From NCBI GenBank assembly GCA_032718475.1, contig JAUCBJ010008230.1:104437-168436 (forward strand): DNA of 64,000 nt, given 5' to 3'. Origin of the DNA: Nemertoderma westbladi (lineage: Eukaryota; Animalia; Xenacoelomorpha). Positions 14,301 through 27,145 of this stretch are shown in pieces. The notes under the pieces are model-generated. The model saw only the letters and a program-made list of their open reading frames with translations, was not told where the DNA came from and did not search any database. Numbering within the stretch: position 1 is the first letter of the stretch; each line of letters opens with the position of its first letter. The translations under genes and the position numbers were made by a program.

Positions 14301-17300
14301 CCCCCTTTTTGAGGCTCTCAGAGTGAAGAGATAAGTAGCCCATCTCCCTGTTAATATTGTTGTGTTCTAGAATAATTATTATAGTTTCATCGTATTGCCA
14401 AAGCGGCTGGAGCCGAAGTTAATATGTGATACAATAATTCACCTCAAATTTCTCAGCTAATTCATGAATATAATGAGTATTAAAGCCATGTCAAAATCCT
14501 TGGAGTTTTTCAGCAATAATTTATCAAAATATCCTCTGATTTTTTTTCAAAAACCACATCGATTTTCATATTTATAACTTCTAACCCACTCCACGAGATA
14601 GAGAATCTTAAACGAAAGTCATAAGAGAAGGTAACACTTTTATTTATAGAAGTAATCAGCTGTTCTTTGCTTCGTCTTTCCCCAGGAGATGGATGAATTT
14701 TGATTGCGTCGGAACACCCCCTTTTTGAGGCTCTCAGAGTGGATAGATAAGTAGCCTATTTCCCTGTTAATATTTTTCTGTTGTAGAATATATTTATTAT
14801 AGTTTCATCGTATTGCTAAAGTGGCTGGAGTTAAAGTTATTATGTAATGCAATAATTCACCTCAAATATCTCAGCTAGTTCATGAATATAATGAGTATTA
14901 AATCCTTGTCAAAATCCTTGGTGTTTTTCAGCAATAATTTATTAAAATCTCCTCTGATTTTTTACAAAAAACGACATCGATTTTCATATTCATGACTTTT
15001 AACCCACTCCAAGAGATAGACAATCTTAAATGAAAGTCAAAAGAGCAGGTAACCCTTACATTTATAGAAGTAATCAGCTGTTCTTTGCTTCGTCTTTCCC
15101 CTGGAGATAGATGAATTTTGATTGCGTCGGAACACCCCCTTTTTGAGGCTCTCAGAGTGGACAGATAATTAGCCTATTTCCCTGTTAATATTTTTCTGTT
15201 GTAGAATATATTTATTATAGTTTCATCGTATTGCTAATGTGGCTGGAGCCAAAGTTAATATGTGATACAATAATTCACCTCAAATTTCTCAGCTAATTCA
15301 TGAATATAATGAGTATTAAAGCCATGCCATGTCAAAATCCTTGGGGTTTTTCAGCAATAATTTATCAAAATATCCTCTGGTTTTTTTCAAAAACCACATC
15401 GATTTTCATATTTATAACTTCTAACCCAATCCACGAGATAGAGAATCTTAAACGAAAGTCATTAGAACAGGTAACACTTTCATTTATAGAAGTAATCAGC
15501 TGTTCTTTGCTTCGTCTTTCCCCAGGAGATGGATGAATTTTGATTGCGTCGGAACACCCCCTTTTTGAGGCTCTCAGAGTGGACAGATAAGTAGCCTATT
15601 TCCCTGTTAATATTTTTCTGTTGTAGAATATTTATTATAGTTTCATCGTATTGCTAATGTGGCTGGAGTTAAAGTTATTATGTAATGCAATAATTCACCT
15701 CAAATATCTCAGCTAGTTCATGAATATAATGAGTATTAAATCCTTGTCAAAATCCTTGGTGTTTTTCAGCAATAATTTATTAAAATCTCCTCTGATTTTT
15801 TACAAAAAACGACATCGATTTTCATATTCATGACTTCTAACCCACTCCACGAGATAGAGAATCTTAAACGAAAGTCATAAGAACAGGTAACACTTACATT
15901 TATAGAAGTAATCAGCTGTTCTTTGCTTCGTCTTTCCCCTGGAGATGGATGAAATTTGATTGCGTCGGAACACCCTCTTTTTGGGGCTCTCAGAGTGAAG
16001 AGATAAGTAGCCTATCTCCCTGTTAATATTGTTGTGTTCTAGAATATTTATTATAGTTTCATCGTATTGCCAAAGCGGCTGGAGCCGAAGTTAATATGTG
16101 ATACAATAATTCACCTCAAATTTCTCAGCTAATTCATGAATATAATGAGTATTAAAGCCATGTCATAATCCTTGGGGTTTTTCAGCAATAATTTATCAAA
16201 ATATCCTCTGATTTTTTTTCAAAAATCACATCGATTTTCACATTTATAACTTCTAACCCACTCCACGAGATAGAGAATCTTAAACAAAAGTCATAAGAAT
16301 AGGTAACACTTACATTTATAGAAGTAATCAGCTGTTCTTTGCTTCGTCTTTCCCCAGGAGATGGATGAATTTTGATTGCGTCGGAACACCCCCTTTTTGA
16401 GGCTCTCAGAGTGGACAGATAAGTAGCCTATTTCCCTGTTAATATTTTTCTGTTGTAGAATATTTATTATAGTTTCATCGTATTGCTAATGTGGCTGGAG
16501 TTAAAGTTATTATGTAATGCAATAATTCACCTCAAATATCTCTGTTTTTTCATCACCATAATGAAGTATTAAAGCCATGTCAAAATCCTTGGGGTTTTTT
16601 AGCAATAATTTATCAAAATATCCTCAGATTTTTTACAAAAAACGACATCGATTTTCATATTTATAACTTCTAACCCACTCCACGAGATAGAGAATCTTAA
16701 ACGAAAGTCATAAGAACAGGTAACACTTACATTTATAGAAGTAATCAGCTGTTATTTGCTTTGTCTTTCCCCAGGAGATGGATGAATTTTGATTGCGTCG
16801 GAACACCCCCTTTCTGAGGCTCTCAGAGTGGAGAGATAAGTAGCCTATCTCCCTATTAATATTGTTGTGTTCTAGAATATTTATTATAGTTTCATCGTAT
16901 TGCCAAAGCGGCTGGAGCCAAAGTTAATATGTGATACAATAATTCACCTCAAATTTCTCAGCTAATTCATGAATATAATGAGTATTAAAGCCATGTCAAA
17001 ATCCTTGGGGTTTTTCAGCAATAATTTATCAAAATATCCTCTGATTTTTTTCAAAAACCACATCGATTTTCATATTTATAACTTCTAACCCAATCCACGA
17101 GATAGAGAATCTTAAACGAAAGTCATAAGAACAGGTAACACTTTCATTTATAGAAGTAATCAGCTGTTCTTTGCTTCGTCTTTCCCCAGGAGATGGATGA
17201 ATTTTGATTGCGTCGGAACACCCCCTTTTTGAGGCTCTCAGAGTGGACAGATAAGTAGCCTATTTCCCTGTTAATATTTTTCTGTTGTAGAATATTTATT

Positions 17301-17901
17301 ATAGTTTCATCGTATTGCTAATGTGGCTGGAGTTAAAGTTATTATGTAATGCAATAATTCACCTCAAATATCTCAGCTAGTTCATGAATATAATGAGTAT
17401 TAAATCCTTGTCAAAATCCTTGGTGTTTTTCAGCAATAATTTATCAAAATATCCTCTGATTTTTTTCAAAAACCACATCGATTTTCATATTTATAACTTC
17501 TAACCCAATCCACGAGATAGAGAATCTTAAACGAAAGTCATAAGAACAGGTAACACTTTCATTTATAGAAGTAATCAGCTGTTCTTTGCTTCGTCTTTCC
17601 CCAGGAGATGGATGAATTTTGATTGCGTCGGAACACCCCCTTTTTGAGGCTCTCAGAGTGGACAGATAAGTAGCCTATCTCCCTGTTAATATTGTTGTGT
17701 TCTAGAATATTTCTTATAGTTTCATCGTATTGCCAAAGCGGCTGGAGCCAAAGTTAATATGTAATGCAATAATTCACCTCAAATATCTCAGCTATTTCAT
17801 GAATATAATGAGTATTAAATCCTTGTCAAAATCCTTGGTGTTTTTCAGCAATAATTTATTAAAATCTCCTCCGATTTTTTACAAAAAACGACATCGATTT
17901 T
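5308..17901. repeat. ~415-bp AT-rich satellite array, ~30 monomers
   Basis: Head-to-tail copies of a unit containing GATTGCGTCGGAACACCCCC and CATCGATTTTCATA; short spurious ORFs recur at multiples of ~415 bp (e.g. 10257 and 11088). Confidence 0.97.
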
Positions 17902-18030
17902 TATATAATTATATCCTCATAAAAGCCGTGGATTTTCAAAATTTAATTTTGTTCGAATTAACTTGTTATAAAGATTACATTAAGTCCTCATTTGTAATTA
18001 CTATAGCTATTTGTATAACATTGTTCAACT

Positions 18031-18103
18031 GGTTCAGTAGCTCAGTCGGTTAAGCGTTAGAAAATTGTGTAGTAGGTATTGAGTTCGAATCCTAGCAAGT
18101 GCG
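18031..18103 (+). promoter_or_regulatory. tRNA-like Pol III cassette (box A + box B) in U3 of element A 5' LTR
   Basis: Box A TAGCTCAGTCGG (18038-18049), box B GAGTTCGAATCC (18081-18092), T-run at 18109-18114; the acceptor stem does not pair. Confidence 0.7.
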
Positions 18104-18180
18104 AATTATTTTTTGTGCTAAATTTCAACTCATTCAAATTTACCGCTACGATTTAATTGCATCTGCTTAAGGTAGATTAA

Positions 18181-18352
18181 CCAATGAGATTGCAGTTATT
18201 TGATAGTAACCAATGTCGTGCAAGATACGTGTTTGCTGGACCAATGATTATCTTTAAAAACCCCATAGAACGCATAGAACAATCGAGATTTATCTCGATT
18301 ATTGCAGCACAAAATTTGCTATGAAAGGTGCGTTTTGTTTATTAGTTATCAC
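18181..18352 (+). promoter_or_regulatory. Pol II promoter of LTR A (three CCAAT boxes, TATA, Inr-like GTTATCACT)
   Basis: CCAAT at ~18181, 18210 and 18241; GCTATGAAAGG (TATAAAA in the 3' LTR); the same architecture occurs in LTR B. Confidence 0.6.
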
Positions 18353-21040
18353 TTCACTTTTCTAATCTTACTTCTGATATTCACTTCTTTATTATACTTT
18401 AGTAGTTCTTTAGTGTATATTATCTTTATTAGTTATCGTTAAATTTTGTAATAAAGTTAGAAGTATTCGCTATATCTGCCCTTTTTTACTATGTTTTCAC
18501 AAATTTGTATTTGATTAGCTAAGTGCTAATTTTTTTGAATAAAATATTTTGATTTGAACCGCGTGTAAAATATTTGGAATTGAATACCGGTGTTTAAAAA
18601 GGGTTTAAATAACATATTGTACCGGTACAAAATTTTCGTAAAAGTACAACCAAACTCTTTTGTTTTTCAGGATTCAGAGCTCATTTCTAGACTGTAACGG
18701 GAGCAAGACCGTGTTTCGCAAGTTTGGGAGATAGATAACTCACAATTTTGGTTGGGAAAATCGCACTTCGTCCGCAATGCTGGAAACGGAAAGGTTCATG
18801 TCCAGTTTGTATCTGGGAATCTGTTTTTCTGGAGAATTATTGGAGTGGGTAAGTTCGAAAAGTTGCATAAATCAGTTAGGCATTACCGTATTAGTTAAAA
18901 TTATTGTGGGTTCCACTGTCTCAAGTATTTATGCATTCCGTACGATTTCTTTTTTATTGCTGAATTAGTCCGTATTATTTGTGTTTAATTTATATATTTG
19001 ATAACGTATATCGTTATCCGATTTATTTGTTATAAAATTGGCCGTTAGGCTAATTTTATTATATACTTACCGTGACATTTATTTGCTGTGAAATTGGCCG
19101 CTAGGCTAATTTTATCCATTTGATATAAAATCGGCCGGTAGGCTAATTTTATATGACTGTAATTAGTACCGTTTAGATATAAATACGGTAAATTTGATAC
19201 TTTGACACTCACATTTTACTTGACTTACAATTACCGAAATGAGTGACAAACAAGACTATACGAAGAATACACCTACCGACTATGACTCATGTGACGCGGA
19301 TAAGTCAGTAGCGGAAGAACCACAGGGGAAGACTCGTGAGCCTACCGAACCTACACCGTGTGCGTCACCAGTACATCCAATGGGAGTACCGGATGCCGTA
19401 GTACGAGGCGACGGCAGGACTGAGGATTTTCTAACGGTCCCGCAACCTAGACACAGGGAAACGGACATGGTAAGTTCAGTAGGAAGCCAATAGAGCGTAG
19501 TTAGAAGCGTCGGAGAATACATGGCACATATTACCAGGAGTATTGGAGAAGGCCAACGCATATTAGACGAGTTGACCGCTCCGATGTCTCGGTTCAAGTT
19601 TTATACCCTACAGGTTAGAGTACAAAGTAAAGTACATAAGTCCGTAGATACCCTAATCAGTCTACAAGATCTAGCCAGACAAAGACAGGATGTGGACACT
19701 CAATTTAGAATCCTCGAGAAATTAATGATCGCCAGGGAGAAACTAATTCAGTTTAAGTTGACCGTTAGACAGATACAACAAGAGCAAGCGAATCAGTTGC
19801 TAGGTGAGTCAGTTTCCGACGAACTATTACAACCCAAGGAAGAACAAGAACAGTACAGACTGGATGGACAATTGAAATACCTGACGGATCACTTACGGTT
19901 GTGCGGCGAAGACGTCGGCGATTTGGAAACCGTGCCGGAAACTACGAGGGAAACTTCACCCGTACAAATCGAACTGGCACCGGGAATATTGGATCAATCA
20001 CTGGTGAGTATTCGCAGCGAAATTGGCGAGGTGAGTATGGTAACGTCAGAAATTTCTCGACAGCAACAACAGTTCGACAGACAACAACGAGACATGGAGG
20101 AACAAACTCAACTGCTAATGATACAAGCAGCAGTAGAGGAAGAGAAACTACGTGTTGCGAATGTTGCAAGAATCTCTCATCTGCAAGAACAAGCTGAGTT
20201 GGAAGCAGCCGAAATGGAAAGGTTAGAGTTGGACATTGCACAACAAGCGGCAGCGGCCGAGTTAGCGCAACGAACAGCAGCGGCCGAGTTAGAGTGACAA
20301 GCGGCAGCGGCAGCAGCAGCGTCCGAGTTAGAGCGACAAAGGTTAGCTTCAGAAGCAAGAACCGAAATGAAAAAACGGCAAATAAAGGCTCAAACAGCTA
20401 TACGATTAGCGGAGCTCGAGGCGCAACAACAACAGACGGAACAATGAGAGAAGGAAGCTAAACTTCATTTCGAACTCGAAAGGAAGGCGAGAGAATTAGC
20501 CAACGCCAAAGAGGATTTAGATCTCAAAGCCCGCGATCGATCAATGAGATCTCGAGACGGACACGATCTAGACTGGATAGAGGTAAGGCATCGTTAAATT
20601 CAGGAACGAATGAAGGAAGGAAGTGTAGGAGCACCTGAACGAGAATGAGAATTGGTTAAGGACTTATGTCAACGATTTCCTCAAGTAACTCCAATGTTTG
20701 CACCAATTACGACCAAAGAACCTGTTTCGATTGCGGGTAGTAGTAATATTTCTCCTATCCATGGTGCGACGGAGCACAGGTTTGTTATTCCGGACAAGTT
20801 TATACCGCCAAGAGCAACGTCATCGCCTATTCCAAAAGTCAAGGTAAGTAACCCGCCGATTACCGATTGTAGTAGTTTATTGGCAGGGACTGCATTACTG
20901 ACAACTAAACAGGTGAGTCAACCTTCGACACCCCAACCTGTTACGCACAACGTAGATCCGATCGCATTTAGATCTAAGAGGACTTTGGATTCGAACGCCA
21001 TTACGCGACCACAGATTCAGTTTACATCGCAATCTACAAC

Positions 21041-21840
21041 TTTGAGGAAGACTTGCGAGCCTACCAAACAACGGAAACTAGTGGGTGATGTTTCCAAACG
21101 GAATGTTAGAATTCGGACAACACAACGGACGCGAGCACGTCGGCCACCGTATCCAGGTGATAGTAGTACTTCAAGCAAATCGGATTACCCGGAACGCGAA
21201 GTGTTTAGAACAGGAGCGGCCGATGAATGCAAATGCGAGCGTTCAGATAATTCCTTTATGAATAATCCTCCACAAAATACACCAACACAGAAAGCGTTAC
21301 AACCAACGGACGCAATTAGTACGCAACAATTCGCCGACCTAATGCAACCAGTTGTCAACAAGTTGGCCCAGATTGAGGAACGCCTAGAGGAAGTTCAAAC
21401 CGATAGTTAGAGAAATACCGAATTCGAACACAATAGAAACTTTGAGGAAGACTTGCGAGCCTACCAAACAACGGAAACTAGTGGGTGATGTTTCCAAACG
21501 GAATGTTAGAATTCGGACAACACAACGGACGCGAGCACGTCGGCCACCGTATCCAGGTGATAGTAGTACTTCAAGCAAATCGGATTACCCGGAACGCGAA
21601 GTGTTTAGAACAGGAGCGGCCGATGAATGCAAATGCGAGCGTTCAGATAATTCCTTTATGAATAATCCTCCACAAAATACACCAACACAGAAAGCGTTAC
21701 AACCAACGGACGCAATTAGTACGCAACAATTCGCCGACCTAATGCAACCAGTTGTCAACAAGTTGGCCCAGATTGAGGAACGCCTAGAGGAAGTTCAAAC
21801 CGATAGTTAGAGAAATACCGAATTCGAACACAATAGAAAC
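21041..21840 (+). repeat. 400-bp tandem duplication in gag of A
   Basis: 21041-21440 is repeated at 21441-21840; AAC microhomology at the junctions. Confidence 0.95.
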
Positions 21841-24800
21841 CCGAAGGATCCACAAAGAGCGATACCTTCAAGAAACACCTCGTATCAAAGGAAAGCGCCA
21901 AGACGAGAGAACATCAACTCGATCGCCAACCAAGGACGCAAAACTTTAAATGTAGCCGAGGAGATAGCTAAATTCGCAGCTAGACAAGGACTACCGGTGC
22001 AACGACCACCTAAGTTTTCCGGTAACTCCAAACCTTGGCACACATTCGTAGACTACATCGAATCTCAAATTGCTGTGTGCGCTTTTACATCAAGGGAGAA
22101 GTTTAACTACCTGCTTCAAACATTGACGGGAGAACCCAAACGTCTAGCAGAGACTTTCGTTGGTGTACCAGATTCCTTCGAGTTAGCATACGATCGCTTA
22201 ACTTCAATCTACGGAGGTACAGTGAGCATGGCCAAGTCAGTAATAGAGGAACTCTGTAAGGAGGGGGCTATTACTAAACCCGTCGACTTACTAAAACTAG
22301 CTGACGAAATCAAAAACGCTATCACTACATCACGTTCTATTGGACAACTCGAGTACGGCAACACCCCTACAGTCCTATTAAAAATTATAGGAAGACTACA
22401 CCATCGACTTCGTCGAGAGTGGAGGAAGATTGAGTAACAGTGGGAAGAAAGGGGTGGATTCTTAAAATTAGAGGATGTATACCTATTGATATCGAGGGAA
22501 GCGGTGGTAGAAACGCATTCCAACTACACCGACCAACATATTGTAGCTGAAGGAATCACCTTACCATCCTCAAATTGACAAAAACTACCAACGACATCTA
22601 CAAGGACGGCCACCTACGCAACACCAACAGAAACCCGACAATTTTCGGACGGTAGTAAAGTGTCCGCACCTATTGGGATCAGACAGACTAGGCAGCAACT
22701 GAGCGCCGACTTTAGCGGTTGCCAATACTGCAAGTGGCTCGGTAAGCGGCATACCAGTCACAAGTTGAGAGGATGTTGACTGTTTCGCGAGATAAACTCG
22801 GAAGAACGAAGACTACAGATACGGCCATTGGATTCTTGTTGGAGGTGTACGCAACATGGACATGTCCGTAAGGACTGCCCAAATACAGACACATGTCCTT
22901 CCTGTGGACGCAACCATGACGGTTTGCTCCATACGGACAGTCACACACCAACGAAACGCTTCACCAGGGAACACCCGGAAGCTGCAGCAAAATGCAACAC
23001 CGCGTATAAGAATCAAGAATCAAAAACAACACCAACATTTGTGACGCATATACGGGATTGTTTCCCGGAACAATCCGGGTCTTCTGATGAAGAATCAGAA
23101 GACGACGACACATACTCAGATGGAGACAAACAACCATCGATTGCGCTTCTGACGCCTGACCAACTGAAGGGATTTAACGTGATTCCTATTAAGATTACGG
23201 GCACAAAAGGTAGCAAACGGATTTACGCTATTTTACATTCAGCCTCATCTCACAGCTATGTGGATGAGAAGGCCTACGTCGTGACGGACCTTAGACAAGG
23301 TAAGCACGTCAGATATACTGTAAGTAGTATGCATGGACAACGTGCAATACCAGTGACTAGAGTTAAGTTAAACTTAGACACTCTTCTTCCGAAATCGCAA
23401 CATAGCGAAAAGGAGAGGTCTTTGTTACCCTTTAAGGATTTGACTTTTGCGGCCAGAAAGGACTTTAGTAATCTACTGGGTCCAGTGCCGGAACAATCCT
23501 TAGAGGACCGTAAGTATTTCAGACACCTTGGTGTACCTGAATGTCCTGTTAATTATCGGTCGGTAGCAATGCTGATCGGGACAGACCAATTCAACTTACA
23601 TCAAGTGTGGGAAACCATACTATCGGTAGTCGTTGCGGGAAACGCTTACGCCTGACGAACTCCGATAGGTTGGTATACTCGAGTGCCTGTGCGCACACTC
23701 GATATAAGTGATGAGGAAGACGATGTGCAAAGTACATGTAGTTTATTAACCACAACTTCGACTCATTCCTTTTCACACGACAGAGACTATACTACAGTAT
23801 GTTCGACAAAACACGACAACGTTACAGGTACGACGTGTGTAGCAAATACAATAGGTCATGGAAGGCAGAGGCCAATCCACAAGGTAAGTTTAGAGATTGC
23901 GAAGGAGACGAGTCAGGCAGAGGTTCCATCAACGACAGATGATAACGCCGGAAGGCTTGCGAGTCTACCTAAACCAATAACCTTAACGACGCCCGTTGAT
24001 GTCGACGCATTAAGAAACTGTCAAGTGGAACAAGCTGCACTAGACAAAGAATTAACAGAGAAAACTATCAGATGGTTGGAGCAAGATACAGCCAAACCAG
24101 GGAGTTACGAACCATGTATGTCGGAACAAGAGAAACAATCTTTAAAGATCATGGAAGATACTATCCGCCAGATGGAAGACGGACATTATGAGGTGGGGAT
24201 GTTATGGCGTAACCAACGTCCTAAACTTATAAATAATTACCCGCTAGCCTTAAGACGTTTAAACTCAATACGACAACGTTTATTGAAGGACGAGAAAGCC
24301 CATCTACAGTATAATACCCAGATGGAGACGTATTTGACAAAAGGGTACGCTATCAGAATGACTAACCCAGAGATTGTGACTGACCAGACATACTATTTAC
24401 CACATCACTACGTGAGACACCCCGATAAACCTGACAAAGTTCGTGTAGTTAATGACTGCGCGGCTCTGTTTGAGGGAATGTCTCTCAATAGTGAGCTGAT
24501 GGATGGACTAAACATGAATAATTATCTCATGGGCGTGATTATGCGCTTCCGTCAACGCCAAGTAGCATTTACTTGCGACGTCGAAGCCATGTTTCACCAA
24601 GTGCAAGCGTTAGAGCGAGACATAGACAGTTTGAGGTTCCTCTGGTACCCGGATGGAGACTTAAGTCAACCACCGGCGACTTACCAAATGCAAGTTCGCG
24701 TTTTCGGTGCCAGAGACAGCTCAAATTGTACTATGTACGCCCTGAAGCAGACCGCTAGGGACCAGAAACATAAGTATGACCCAGAGGTAATCCAGATCGT

Positions 24801-25941
24801 AGAACAAGATTTTTATGTGGACGATGGATTACAAAGTTGTAACACAGTAGAACGTGCTATAACAGTAGCACATCAATTACGGGACTGTTTAGCAGGCGGA
24901 GGTTTTAACCTCACCAAGTTTGCCTCAAACAGTGCCAAATTAGTAAATTCATTCGAAACGACCGAACGTGGGGGTGGTGACATTGACTTAGAGTTTGAAC
25001 CACTACCAACGACCAAGGTGTTGGGGTTCTTTTGTTCACAAGAAGAGTTTTTGGGGACCCAAACACAGACAACTTTCGAGTGAAGGTAAGACTGGACGCT
25101 CAAGGGGATTCTCTGACAAAGAGGTCTTGCTTGTCAAAGCTGAGTCGACTGTTCGACCCCTTAGGTTTTATCAGCCCAATAATACTGCAAGCAAGAATAT
25201 ACATGCGCAGTATTTGGAAAGATGGACTTACATGGGACAAACCAATCTCATCCGAACAAGTGGACTTATGGAAAACTTGGGAGGCGCAATTGTCTTCGCT
25301 AGAAGATTATTCCATACCCTGGGTGTACTTTCCATTACAGACGACATTTCCTGACGACTTAGAATTACATTGTTTTTCCGACGCCAGTGACAACGGCTTT
25401 GGAGTGACAGCGTATTTGCGCAGACAAGTAGACTCAGACGAGTTCGAGGTTTCGCTCATTACTTCTAAGGCTAAAACCATGCCTACTAAGTACATGACGA
25501 CACCACGCGCTGAGCTACAAGCAGCAACCCTGTCAACTACAATCGTAAACATTATACAGACGGAATTACAGTCAAGTTTACAGATATTTTATTGGACTGA
25601 CGCAACGTTAGTTTTATTTTACATAAATAACGACACTCTTGAATTTAAGACATTTGTAGCTAACCGTCGTGCGGAAATTTTGGACCGTTCAATAAAGGAA
25701 GATTGGCGACATTGTCCCGGACCACAAAACCCAGCTGATATTGCGTCACGAGGAATGATGCCTGAGGAGTTCTATAAACTGGAGAACAAGGAATTTTGGC
25801 AACACGGACCACAATTCTTGCAAAGAACATCACAAAATTGGCCGCCACTATACGACAACAAGTCTAACACTATCCCTAAAGACGCAGAAATTACTTACGT
25901 CAACCGCATTGTAAACCTGACAGATTCTTGGACAAACGCGT

Positions 25942-27145
25942 ACCTAAAGAGGTTGAGGTCTCTATAGGGGTGCGCGTAACAGGCGGTGGCAGACTCGTGA
26001 GGGTCTGGGGGCACGTTAAATCTTGTCCTAAGTGCAAGGGAGATACTTAAGGCCCTCGTGTCTAACAAACCATGAATTGCCATGGTGCCGTGGTACCGTC
26101 TAGTCAGCCTGTTGCCGTACTGCCAGTCCTGTACACAGTAGGGGTGGTGGCATGACGTGATTTGTGGCTCATGTGGCGTGAACTATGATTTGTATGTGGG
26201 CGATCAGTGGCAGTTTGCTTGGAGCTTGGATGGGTTCCTTTGGCCATCAGTTGTTCCGTTTTTTTGATACTATATGTTATTGTCTCCATGTCAGCTGATT
26301 GGTCTTTGGGATTTGTTTGGGTCTTTGAGCTTTCTGTTGCTGTGGGTACATGAGTACACGTGATTGTATGTGTGGCCACTGCGAGTGAGTATGGGAACCC
26401 TTGCCAGTTGGTCCAGACGCCGCTGGTATTAGTAGGACCATATTTTACTGCGCCCCAGCATACTTTGGGCACACAAAGTTATTTTACCCTGTCGGTAAAA
26501 TAAGGTACTCTCGATTTGTGGTTGGTCGATACAATTTTGTCCCCTCCGATTTTGTCTTTCCCGATTTTGACCCCGATTTTGTCTTACCCGATTATGTCAT
26601 CTGTGTGTGCATGGTATGTGTTCGATTTTGTGCTTACCATTTGTGTACTTGATTTCGTGAACATCTGTTGAGTACACGTGTACAGTGACTGGTAAGTGGT
26701 TACTTGTTCCTAGCTTTCGAGCTAGTCAATATTGTTTGTGGAACTTACTTCCCCTCAATATTGCCGGTGAGGCAGGTGAAAACGAGTCAAAATTCCATGT
26801 TGGGTAGCGCAAGCCCACGTGGGACAAGACCGTCGGTGAGGCCCAAGGGCGACCTTGGTGCTCGATCGCTATCGACTGGTCCACCTGCCGGTTGACTCTT
26901 TGTTATACTTTGAGTTGGCTCAATGTACAGTCAGGCCACAGTAAGTTGACAGTAGCCGCCCATCTGGCTACACGTTCGACAAGCTGTGCCGGTGTGATCG
27001 GGGGACCGAAAACAGAACCCGGGAAGCATCGGGCCACCCTCCGGCCCGGTCTGATAATAACATCAGTCAGACTGGCCCCAGGGGTGGTGGAAACACGTCC
27101 GCCTTGTGGGTGCGCCTCTGGGAGGAGCCCAAAAGGACGAAAGCG
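25942..27145 (+). ncRNA. Group I intron (IC2-like core) in pol of element A, between RNase H and integrase
   Basis: P1 ACGCGU|ACC pairs with GGU-G-CGCGU (U25941.G25972); P2 with GUGA loop; P3 26771-26778/26882-26889; P4 26783-26788/26828-26832; P5; P6a with GCGA loop; P7 U-[C]-GACUG 26872-26878/CAGUC-A 26928-26933; P8 26890-26898/26912-26920; ends in G27145; splicing restores NACRKLA. Confidence 0.88.

Larger units (their letters stand above)
17902..18500 (+). repeat. 5' LTR of element A (truncated: U5/PBS region missing)
   Basis: Near-identical to 35197-35797, then similarity ends abruptly at ...GTTTTCAC. Confidence 0.9.

Noticed and set aside
18031-18103. Functional tRNA genes (also 35326, 38088, 51624)
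   Set aside because: Acceptor and anticodon stems do not pair; only box A and box B are retained.
26401-26652. Homology of the intron ORF (PDFDPDF) to the SPDx repeat in B pol
   Set aside because: Low-complexity resemblance only; the underlying DNA repeats differ.
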